Assembly: GCF_000012345.1 (NCBI RefSeq)
Contig: NC_007205.1
Location: 600,001-632,000, forward strand
Length of the DNA stretch: 32,000 nucleotides
Source: Candidatus Pelagibacter ubique HTCC1062
GTDB taxonomy: Bacteria > Pseudomonadota > Alphaproteobacteria > Pelagibacterales > Pelagibacteraceae
Direction: 5' to 3'
Below, piece by piece: positions 18,472-25,821 of the stretch. Below the pieces are notes generated by a model. That model did not search any database, had not been told where the DNA came from, and saw only the letters and a program-made list of their open reading frames with translations. The position numbers were made by a program, and so were the translations under genes. Position 1 is the first letter of the stretch. Every line of letters begins with the position of its first letter.

Positions 18472-18549
18472 ATGTATAAATTTAGTGGCCGGAGTATATT
18501 CAGCAATTAATACGTGTCAAGCAAGCTTAATTCATATAAAATCAATGAA

Positions 18550-19872
18550 ATGTTAATCAATAAAAACAATATAAATAAATTGTTTTATAGTTTTCTTATA
18601 ATTCATTTAATTTTATGGACATTGATTCCTACATTAACAAATAACAATTTACCACTTGATACAATTGAAGCCTTGGCTTGGGGAAGTAATTTAGATTGGG
18701 GATTTAATAAACATCCGCCAGCGAGTGCATTTTTTCCAGAAGTTATTTATCAAGTATTTGGTTCGCAGGACTGGTTTTATTATTTGTTAAGTCAATTGTT
18801 TGTAGTAACTGCATTTATTATTGTTTTTAAATTTGCTGAAGAACTTTTTAAGAATAAAACTTTAAGCTTAATATCGGTACTTCTTTTAGAGGGTATTTAT
18901 TTCTATAATTTTACAACACCCGAATTTAATGTGAATGTTTGCCAATTACCTTTTTGGTCGTTGTGTGTTTATTATTCTTGGAAAATATTTGATAAAAAAG
19001 TAATAAACTTTAAACATTGTTTTTTGCTTGGAGTTTTTGCAGCCGTAGGTTTTTTATCAAAATATCTTTTTGTTTACCTTCTAATATCAATAGTTCTATT
19101 ATTTTTTTATATAATTTTTGTAAAAAAATATCAAAAATTTGATTTTAAATATCTAATATCTTTTGAGGTCTTTATTGTTTTATTAATTCCTCATTTAATT
19201 TGGTTAACTAATAATGATTACATTACGATTACATATGGGCTAGCCAGAACAGGACTTGAGACTTCAAGTTTATTAGATCATATAACTTACCCTTTAATAT
19301 TTTTAGGTAAACAAATAGGAATACTAATTCCATTTTTTTTAATGTCATTTTTTTTAATAAAAAAAATTAAGTTAAAAGTAACTTTAAAAGATAAGAAGCT
19401 ATTGTTCTTAATATTTATTAATCTAATTCCAATTGGATTAATGTTCTTAACCTCCATGTTAACAGGGTCTAAAATAAGAACAATGTGGATGACCCCATTT
19501 TATTTATTTTTTGGTGTATTTATTATCTATATCTTTCAAGCACAAATAAATCTTAAAATGTTAAATGGGTTTATATCAATATTTTTGATCTTGTTTATTT
19601 TTTCACCCTTTGCTTATGCTTATATTTCAATTACTGAAACTGACAAAAGAACAGATTATTTAGGTAAAGAAATAGCAATTAAAACTGAATACTTATGGAA
19701 GCAAAATTATACATTGCCAATTAATGTTGTCCTTGGCGATGAATGGCATGCTGGAAATTTATCATATCACCTAAATTCTAGACCCGTTTGGGAAGGGGTG
19801 ATTACAAAAGATAAGCTTAATTCATTGTCGAAATATATTTGCATTGATAATATTTGTGTAGGAAATAGATGA
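18550..19872 (+). CDS. GT-C fold membrane glycosyltransferase (ArnT / PMT_2, GT39/GT83-like)
   Basis: About 12 TM helices. The first periplasmic loop LPLDTIEALAWGSNLDWGFNKHPPA matches the PMT_2/ArnT-type D-x-x-E ... HPP signature. The ORF is open from GTG 18514; I prefer ATG 18550 (MLINKNN...). Confidence 0.7.
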   Translation: MLINKNNINKLFYSFLIIHLILWTLIPTLTNNNLPLDTIEALAWGSNLDWGFNKHPPASAFFPEVIYQVFGSQDWFYYLLSQLFVVTAFIIVFKFAEELFKNKTLSLISVLLLEGIYFYNFTTPEFNVNVCQLPFWSLCVYYSWKIFDKKVINFKHCFLLGVFAAVGFLSKYLFVYLLISIVLLFFYIIFVKKYQKFDFKYLISFEVFIVLLIPHLIWLTNNDYITITYGLARTGLETSSLLDHITYPLIFLGKQIGILIPFFLMSFFLIKKIKLKVTLKDKKLLFLIFINLIPIGLMFLTSMLTGSKIRTMWMTPFYLFFGVFIIYIFQAQINLKMLNGFISIFLILFIFSPFAYAYISITETDKRTDYLGKEIAIKTEYLWKQNYTLPINVVLGDEWHAGNLSYHLNSRPVWEGVITKDKLNSLSKYICIDNICVGNR

Positions 19873-20741
19873 GCAAGATAAAAATTTTAATCCCTATATA
19901 TAATGATTGGCAGTCAGCTTTTAAACTTTTAGAAGATATAGACTTACAAGTTAATGATTTAAAGCATGAATTCTCAATTATAATTGTAAACGATTGCTCT
20001 ACGGAAGAAAAACCTTCCAATGATTTTAATTTTAATAACCTTACGTCTATCAAAATAATCAACATGAAAACAAATAAGGGACATGCTAGATGTAATGCGT
20101 CTGGCTTAAGATATATTGCTGAGCATGAAGATTACGATTATATAATTCCAATGGATGGAGATGGTGAAGATAGACCGGAAGAAATAACTCTTCTTATTAA
20201 TAAGATAAATAATTATCCTGATAAAGTTATTACAGCTAATAGAGTAAAAAGATCTGAAGGTTCTTTCTTTAAACTTTGTTACCTTTTACACAAATATTTA
20301 ACTTTTGTTTTCACCGGACAGTCTATTAAGTTTGGTAACTTTATTTGCTTACCTAAATTTGCAGTTAACAAAATGATAAAAGATAAAGCAACATGGAGTA
20401 GTTTTTCAGGTGCTGTTGCTAAACTATTTAAAGATAGAAAATCTATCCCATCAATAAGAGGTAAAAGATTTTTTGGTCCATCGAAAATGAGTTTTATTAA
20501 CTTATTAAAACACTCACTATCAATTATAGCTGTTTTTAAAATGACACTATTGATTAGATCTATATTTTTTTTAATTGCTTACTTATTTTTAATTGCCAGT
20601 AATCTATCATGGATTACATTATTTCCTATTATAGGAGTTATTATTATGATGATTTCAGTAATTATACTTTCTCAGAGAGAAAGTATTTTAGAATTTGAAA
20701 ACTCTTTAGAAAATATTAACAGCATAGATCAACTTAAATAG
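19869..20741 (+). CDS. GT2 polyprenyl-phosphate glycosyltransferase (ArnC/GtrB/Dpm1-like) with C-terminal TM helices
   Basis: 290 aa with IIVNDCS, the PMDGDGEDRP (DxD region) and two C-terminal hydrophobic helices. It shares an ATGA start/stop overlap with the upstream GT-C gene. Confidence 0.75.
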   Translation: MSKIKILIPIYNDWQSAFKLLEDIDLQVNDLKHEFSIIIVNDCSTEEKPSNDFNFNNLTSIKIINMKTNKGHARCNASGLRYIAEHEDYDYIIPMDGDGEDRPEEITLLINKINNYPDKVITANRVKRSEGSFFKLCYLLHKYLTFVFTGQSIKFGNFICLPKFAVNKMIKDKATWSSFSGAVAKLFKDRKSIPSIRGKRFFGPSKMSFINLLKHSLSIIAVFKMTLLIRSIFFLIAYLFLIASNLSWITLFPIIGVIIMMISVIILSQRESILEFENSLENINSIDQLK

Positions 20742-22014
20742 CTTTTATTATTGGTAGCGAATGAAAATTAGCTGTATCTATCTTTGAAGAGTGGTCTCTT
20801 CTCATATTCCATTTTTTATTTACTCCAGCGCTAGCTAAACTTAATGTTGATCGTCCATACTTATAATTTGTACTATCAATAGATCTCATTAAGCCTTTAA
20901 TTTTCTCATCTTTTTCAGTGGAAAATAGATTTTTACTGCCACTTGAACTAACTAAACCAGTCAATGTTATGCCTGCTTTTTGATATCTGTATCCATTAAT
21001 AAAGATTTCATTTAATGCAATCAAAGCAGTTTTAACTATTTCAATACTATTATTGGTAGCTATTGGAAAATCTATAGTTTTAGCATTTGAATAATACACC
21101 CCTCTATTTTGAAAAGGGCTTGTTCTAACAGACACAGTTATTGATTTTGCTATTAAAGATTCTGATCTAATTTTTTCTGAAGCATTTAAACAATAGCTTG
21201 CAACTGCCTCTTCTAACTCTTGAAACTTTTCAACTCTTGTACCAAATGATCTTGACACTACACAACTTTTTCTTTTGGAAGTTTTAGTTTCTAGTGGGAT
21301 ACAAGGAATACCTCTAAGTTCTAAGGCAGTTCTAGAACTTAAAACATTAGAACTTTTTTTAATCCAAGTATTTGACATATTTTTTAATTGTTTGGCATTA
21401 TAAATTCCATTTTGATGATAAAATTTTGTCATCTGTTTACCAACTCCCCACACATCGTTGATATCTATTTTTTCTAATAGTGGATCAATATTTTCAATTC
21501 CTATCAAGTTTGTAACACCAGATTGTTTTTTCTTTGCTATATGATTTGCAATTTTGCTTAGTGTTTTTGTTTTAGCAATACCAATGCTAGTTGGAATTCC
21601 TGTCCATTGTAAAATAATGCTTCTAATTTCTTTTCCCACATCTTCTACTTCATCATCTGGATAATTACTCAAATCTAAAAAGGCCTCATCTACTGAATAT
21701 ATTTCTAATTCAGGATTAAATCTTTTTAAAGTTCTCATCACTCTTCTAGATAAATCTCCATACAAAGAATAATTTGAAGAAAATACATAAACTTTATTTT
21801 TAAGTATTATTTCTTTAGCTTTAAAGTAAGGCTCACCCATTTTAATACCAAGAAACTTTGCTTCATTCGATCTTGCAATAATGCAGCCATCATTATTCGA
21901 CAATACGACAACTGGCTTATTTCTAATCTTAGGATTGAATAATCTTTCACAGGAAACATAAAATGAATTACAATCTACTAATGCTATTTTCTTAGTACGT
22001 TGAATGGATGACAT
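20734..22014 (-). CDS. umuC: DNA polymerase V catalytic subunit (Y-family)
   Basis: 426 aa. The N-terminus IALVDCNSFYVSCERLFNP, VVVLSNNDGC, SVDEAFLDL and the helix-hairpin-helix region VWGVGK are typical UmuC motifs. It overlaps umuD by 23 nt. Confidence 0.9.
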   Translation of the reverse strand: MSSIQRTKKIALVDCNSFYVSCERLFNPKIRNKPVVVLSNNDGCIIARSNEAKFLGIKMGEPYFKAKEIILKNKVYVFSSNYSLYGDLSRRVMRTLKRFNPELEIYSVDEAFLDLSNYPDDEVEDVGKEIRSIILQWTGIPTSIGIAKTKTLSKIANHIAKKKQSGVTNLIGIENIDPLLEKIDINDVWGVGKQMTKFYHQNGIYNAKQLKNMSNTWIKKSSNVLSSRTALELRGIPCIPLETKTSKRKSCVVSRSFGTRVEKFQELEEAVASYCLNASEKIRSESLIAKSITVSVRTSPFQNRGVYYSNAKTIDFPIATNNSIEIVKTALIALNEIFINGYRYQKAGITLTGLVSSSGSKNLFSTEKDEKIKGLMRSIDSTNYKYGRSTLSLASAGVNKKWNMRRDHSSKIDTANFHSLPIIKAI

Positions 22015-22387
22015 AAGTCACAACCCCCCAGATAAATACTTCAGATTCATCTCCAATGATTATTTTATCTTCAATATTTTTTGAACCTGATGTTAAAAAT
22101 TGTCCATCTTTAGATCTAACAAAACTTTTAACAACTAACTCATCGTGAACATTTGCAACCACTGTTGAAAAATTTTTAGGTTTTAAGCTTCTATCAATAA
22201 CTAATAAGTCACCATCATAAATACCAACATCAGTCATCGATTTTCCCTGAACTCTAATGATAAAAGTTGCAGGAACATTTTTGATTAAGTGAACATTAAG
22301 ATCTACATCTTCTTCAATGTAATCTGTTGCAGGAGAGGGAAAGCCAGCTCCAGCTTTATGCAAGTAAAAGGGAATAGTTAATTTCAT
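21992..22387 (-). CDS. umuD: DNA polymerase V accessory subunit / S24 LexA-like autopeptidase
   Basis: 131 aa with the cleavage-region motif AGAGFPSPA, catalytic Ser in VQGKSM and Lys in LVVKS. Confidence 0.88.
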   Translation of the reverse strand: MKLTIPFYLHKAGAGFPSPATDYIEEDVDLNVHLIKNVPATFIIRVQGKSMTDVGIYDGDLLVIDRSLKPKNFSTVVANVHDELVVKSFVRSKDGQFLTSGSKNIEDKIIIGDESEVFIWGVVTYVIHSTY

Positions 22388-22402
22388 GTTCTTGTTTTGT
22401 TC
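22388..22402 (-). promoter_or_regulatory. alphaproteobacterial-type LexA (SOS) box, GAAC-N7-GAAC, abutting the umuD start codon
   Basis: The plus strand reads GTTC-TTGTTTT-GTTC (22388-22402). On the coding strand this is GAACAAAACAAGAAC immediately followed by ATG. It is a perfect match to the GTTC-N7-GTTC direct-repeat consensus. Confidence 0.6.
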
Positions 22403-22405
22403 TAA

Positions 22406-22434
22406 TCTATAGACTAGTTATGCAGTACACGCAA
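22406..22434 (-). promoter_or_regulatory. candidate sigma-70 promoter of umuDC
   Basis: On the minus strand: TTGCGT (22434-22429), a 17-nt spacer, then TATAGA (22411-22406). The SOS box lies just downstream, around the expected transcription start. Confidence 0.5.
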
Positions 22435-22457
22435 TAGGTTGTATTTTGAGTCTGTAA

Positions 22458-22490
22458 CTGAATCAAAGGTGAATCAAAACGTGAACATTG
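22458..22490. repeat. helically phased short direct repeats (TGAATCAAA x2 plus degenerate TGAACATTGAAAC)
   Basis: cTGAATCAAAg gTGAATCAAAac gTGAACATTG. The two exact 9-mers start at 22459 and 22470 (11-bp period). TGAATCA is a near-palindromic 7-mer. Confidence 0.35.
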
Positions 22491-22552
22491 AAACTACATT
22501 TTGTGCTCTTGTGGATAACTTCAACCAGAGATAGTTTAAGCTTCATATTAAA

Positions 22553-23122
22553 ATGAAAAAATTTCTATCAATTGTGTTTCTTAGCTTAATTATAACTTCT
22601 AACAGTATGTCATATGAAGAAGCAAACTATGAAGTAGTGAAAAAAAATGAAGTTTATGAAATCAGGAAATATTCTGATCGTTTAGCAATTGAAACAGATA
22701 TATCAAATGAAGGCAACAGTTTTAGAAAATTATTTAACTACATATCAGGTAACAATACTAAAAATGAAGAGATTAAGATGACAACACCAGTCACCCAAAT
22801 GGAAAAAAAAGGAAATATGACCATGCAATTTTATTTACCTTCAAGATTTAATAAAGAAAACATACCAAGCCCGTCTAATCCAGATGTTAAAATATTAAAT
22901 ATTAAAGGTGGTTATTATGCAGTTATTAGATATTCAGGAAGGGCTTCTGATAAAAATTTTATTAAACATAAAAGCATTTTAGAAAATGAATTAAAAAAAG
23001 ATAATATGATAATTTTGAGCCCACCTATTAAAGCAACTTACGATGGACCTTTCACGCTACCCATGAATAGAAGAAATGAAGCAATGTTTGAAATAAATAT
23101 AAAAAATAAAGGAGAAATATAA
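22553..23122 (+). CDS. SOUL heme-binding family protein, secreted
   Basis: 189 aa with an N-terminal signal peptide, the YEV..K...YEIRKY start of the SOUL/HEBP fold, and the motifs FR.LF.YI.G.N and M.F.LP. Confidence 0.7.
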   Translation: MKKFLSIVFLSLIITSNSMSYEEANYEVVKKNEVYEIRKYSDRLAIETDISNEGNSFRKLFNYISGNNTKNEEIKMTTPVTQMEKKGNMTMQFYLPSRFNKENIPSPSNPDVKILNIKGGYYAVIRYSGRASDKNFIKHKSILENELKKDNMIILSPPIKATYDGPFTLPMNRRNEAMFEINIKNKGEI

Positions 23123-23485
23123 ATGAAAAAACTAACATGTCACTGTGGAGAAGTAGAAGCAGAAATAAACATGCCTGATAACTTAGAAAAAGTTTTAAAA
23201 TGTAATTGTTCTATTTGTAAAAGAAAAGGAGCAATAATGTCTATGGTTAAGAACGAAGATTTTAAAATAATTAAAGGTGAGGATAAGTTAAAACTTTATC
23301 AATTTCATTCAAAAATTGCGAAACACTATTTTTGTTCGAACTGCGGAATTTATACACATCATAATCCAAGAGCCAATCCAGCTATGACAGGATTTAATCT
23401 TGGATGCGTAGATGAAATAAATACGTTTGAATTAGAAAATGTTGCAGTCAATGATGGACAAAATCATCCTCTAGACAATAAGTGA
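23123..23485 (+). CDS. GFA family protein (glutathione-dependent formaldehyde-activating / CENP-V-like zinc protein)
   Basis: 120 aa with the Cys pattern CHCG ... CNCSIC ... FCSNCG characteristic of GFA. The ATG directly follows the SOUL stop codon. Confidence 0.75.
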   Translation: MKKLTCHCGEVEAEINMPDNLEKVLKCNCSICKRKGAIMSMVKNEDFKIIKGEDKLKLYQFHSKIAKHYFCSNCGIYTHHNPRANPAMTGFNLGCVDEINTFELENVAVNDGQNHPLDNK

Positions 23486-23492
23486 TTTTTTT

Positions 23493-24419
23493 ATGCAAGC
23501 AGTTAATGATTGTTTTAAAAAAGTAAAAAAAGATTGTTTTAAATTTATCTCTTCTCAAGAAACTAAGAAGGATAAATTTAAAAATAAAGATAAGATGATC
23601 AAATCCTTTTTAATACCTGTTAGTTTTTGGATAGCAAAAAAAGTTAATAAAAAAAGACCATTAATGATAGGTTTAGCTGGAGGACAAGGGTCAGGCAAAA
23701 CAACTATCTCATCAATTTTAACTTTAATTTTAAAAAAATATTTTAAGTTAAATGTTTTTAAAGTTTCTATTGATGATTTTTATAAAACAAGAAAAGACAG
23801 AATATTATTGTCTAAAAATAAACACCCTTTATTAATGACAAGAGGAGTACCAGGAACTCACGATGTAGATTTAATGTTAAATTTTTTTAAACAGATTAAA
23901 GATAAAAACTTTAAAAGTTTACAAATTCCAACATTTGATAAAGCAATAGATGATAGGTGCCAAAAGAGTTTGTGGTATAAAATCAAAACAAAGCCTGATG
24001 TGGTTATTTTTGAAGGTTGGTGTGTTGGAGCAAGAGCTCAATCAAGTAGCCAACTTAAAAAACCAATTAACTCACTTGAAAAAGTTTATGATCAAGGAAC
24101 TAAATGGAGAACCCATGTTAACAATCAATTAAAAACTAAATATAAAACCTTATTCAAACAATTAGATGGATTACTGTATCTAAAGGCTAAAAACTTTAGC
24201 TTATTAAGAGAATGGAGATTAAAACAGGAGCGAAAGCTCTGGGTTCAAACAAAAAACAAGAAAAACCTAAAGATTATGAGCAGTGGAGATGTGATAAACT
24301 TTATGCAGACTTATCAAAGAATTACTCAACAAATGTTTAAAGATGCGATAAAAAGCTCATCAGTTATAATGAATTTAAATAGTAATCATCAGATTGAAAA
24401 AATAAAATTTAAAAAATAA
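23493..24419 (+). CDS. P-loop kinase resembling plant/cyanobacterial/fungal-type D-glycerate 3-kinase (GLYK/TDA10 family)
   Basis: 308 aa with GLAGGQGSGKTT, SIDDFY, RGVPGTHD, PTFDKAIDDR, VIFEGWCVG and WRLKQE. These line up in order with the motifs I remember from Arabidopsis GLYK. Confidence 0.6.
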   Translation: MQAVNDCFKKVKKDCFKFISSQETKKDKFKNKDKMIKSFLIPVSFWIAKKVNKKRPLMIGLAGGQGSGKTTISSILTLILKKYFKLNVFKVSIDDFYKTRKDRILLSKNKHPLLMTRGVPGTHDVDLMLNFFKQIKDKNFKSLQIPTFDKAIDDRCQKSLWYKIKTKPDVVIFEGWCVGARAQSSSQLKKPINSLEKVYDQGTKWRTHVNNQLKTKYKTLFKQLDGLLYLKAKNFSLLREWRLKQERKLWVQTKNKKNLKIMSSGDVINFMQTYQRITQQMFKDAIKSSSVIMNLNSNHQIEKIKFKK

Positions 24420-25717
24420 TGAAAAAAATAATATTAATATCCTTAGCTATTATTCTTTTTAATGGAAAAGCTTTTTCAGTACCTTTATCAAAAGCATTGT
24501 TACAAGCGTACAATGAAAACCCGGTATTAAATGCAGAACGTGAAAATATTCAAGTTTCTAGAGAAGATGTAAAAATATCAAGAAGTGAATTTTTACCAAG
24601 TGTAACACTGTCAGGTTCTAAGAGCCAAGAAAATACAGAAAAGCTAACTGATGGAACAGGTGCTAATTCATCTTTTACTGAAGTCGATCCAAAAACTCAA
24701 TCAATAAATATTGAGCAAAAATTATTCCAAGGATTTGCAGGTATAGCCAGCATGGAAAAAAGTAAAATTGGATTAACTTTAGCTGAGGCAAAACTTTTAA
24801 AAACTGAACAGGAGATTTTGTACCAAGCTATTGAAGCTTATTCAGGTTTAGTTTTTTCTGATGAAAAACTTAAGATTAATCAAGATAACGTTAACCTGTT
24901 AAAGAGGCAAGTTGAGACCAATCAAGCAAGATTAGAAAGAGGTCAAATTACTATATCTGATTTAGCACAATCTGAGTCTTCACTTGCAGGTGCGCAAGCA
25001 CAATTTTTACAAGCAAAAAATGAAACAATTACAGCTAAGCTAACCTATGAAAAAATTATAGGCCCAATTGTAAATACTAATACTTTGAGCAAGAATTCAG
25101 ATTTAACTTTTGAATTACCAAAAGATTTAAATGAAGCAATTGAAATTTCAAAAACAACTAATCCAAATTTAATTATTTCAAGGTTAGAGTATGAACAATC
25201 TGAACAAGATGTAACTATAGCCAGATCTGATCTATCACCGTCTGCATCTTTATCCTTTAATAGTTCAAAATCAGACAATGTAAGTTCAAGTATTGGAGAG
25301 CGTGATAAAGAAATATTAAAAGCAACTATTTCATGGCCAATTTTTAATGGTGGAAAAAATACTGCCTCATTAAATAAAAGTAAAAATTTGAAAAATAGAA
25401 AAAAATTATTATTAGATAATACCTTAAAAACAAATGATGCAAATATTGCAAGTGCATGGTCAAGCTTTCAAGTATCAAAAAGTTTATTGAATTCAGTTAC
25501 TGCGCAAGTTAAAGCTGCAGAAACGGCAAACGAAGGAATAACAGTTGAATATGAAACAGGTCTTGGAAGATCTACACTTGATGTTATTCAGTCAAACTCA
25601 ATTTTATTAAACTCAAAAATAAGCCTAGCAAATTCTGAAAGAAATTATTTACTTTCACAATTTAAACTTCTTCAAGCCATTGGTTTGTTGAATAGCAATT
25701 ACTTAAAAATACAGTAA
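24419..25717 (+). CDS. tolC: TolC-family outer membrane efflux/type I secretion channel
   Basis: 432 aa with a signal peptide and two repeated OEP halves (LL.AY..NP.L.A; SPS.SLS). It shares a TAATG overlap with the upstream kinase gene. Confidence 0.85.
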   Translation: MKKIILISLAIILFNGKAFSVPLSKALLQAYNENPVLNAERENIQVSREDVKISRSEFLPSVTLSGSKSQENTEKLTDGTGANSSFTEVDPKTQSINIEQKLFQGFAGIASMEKSKIGLTLAEAKLLKTEQEILYQAIEAYSGLVFSDEKLKINQDNVNLLKRQVETNQARLERGQITISDLAQSESSLAGAQAQFLQAKNETITAKLTYEKIIGPIVNTNTLSKNSDLTFELPKDLNEAIEISKTTNPNLIISRLEYEQSEQDVTIARSDLSPSASLSFNSSKSDNVSSSIGERDKEILKATISWPIFNGGKNTASLNKSKNLKNRKKLLLDNTLKTNDANIASAWSSFQVSKSLLNSVTAQVKAAETANEGITVEYETGLGRSTLDVIQSNSILLNSKISLANSERNYLLSQFKLLQAIGLLNSNYLKIQ

Positions 25718-25758
25718 TTAAGCCATTTTATTATAAAAAAAATAACTATTGAAAATAA

Positions 25759-25773
25759 GAACAAAATGTGTAC
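25759..25773 (+). promoter_or_regulatory. candidate LexA box variant in the recA promoter (GAAC-N7-GTAC)
   Basis: GAACAAAATGTGTAC has one mismatch to GAAC-N7-GAAC, and its first 8 nt are identical to the umuD box. It sits between a TTGAAA -35 (25749-25754) and a TACATT -10 (25771-25776, 16-nt spacer). Confidence 0.4.
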
Positions 25774-25821
25774 ATTTAAGAGACGATTCGAACACTAATT
25801 ATTTAATAAAAAAGGCATAAA

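Noticed and set aside
18356-18556. A 66-aa plus-strand ORF.
   Set aside because: It is antisense to the lysine-rich 5' part of dksA (poly-Lys codons read as Phe/Leu on the other strand) and runs into the GT-C gene start region.
19817-20065. An 82-aa minus-strand ORF.
   Set aside because: It is antisense across the GT-C/GT2 junction, and both sense genes have clear family motifs.
22463-22546. A 27-codon minus-strand ORF (MKLKLSLVEVIHKSTKCSFNVHVLIHL*) in the umuD/SOUL spacer.
   Set aside because: It has no Shine-Dalgarno sequence, reads away from any obvious promoter, and has an unremarkable composition. There is no basis to call it coding without conservation or ribosome-profiling data.
23950-24132. 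A 60-aa plus-strand ORF.
   Set aside because: It is an alternative frame inside the kinase gene.
25045-25278. A 77-aa minus-strand ORF.
   Set aside because: It is nested antisense inside tolC.
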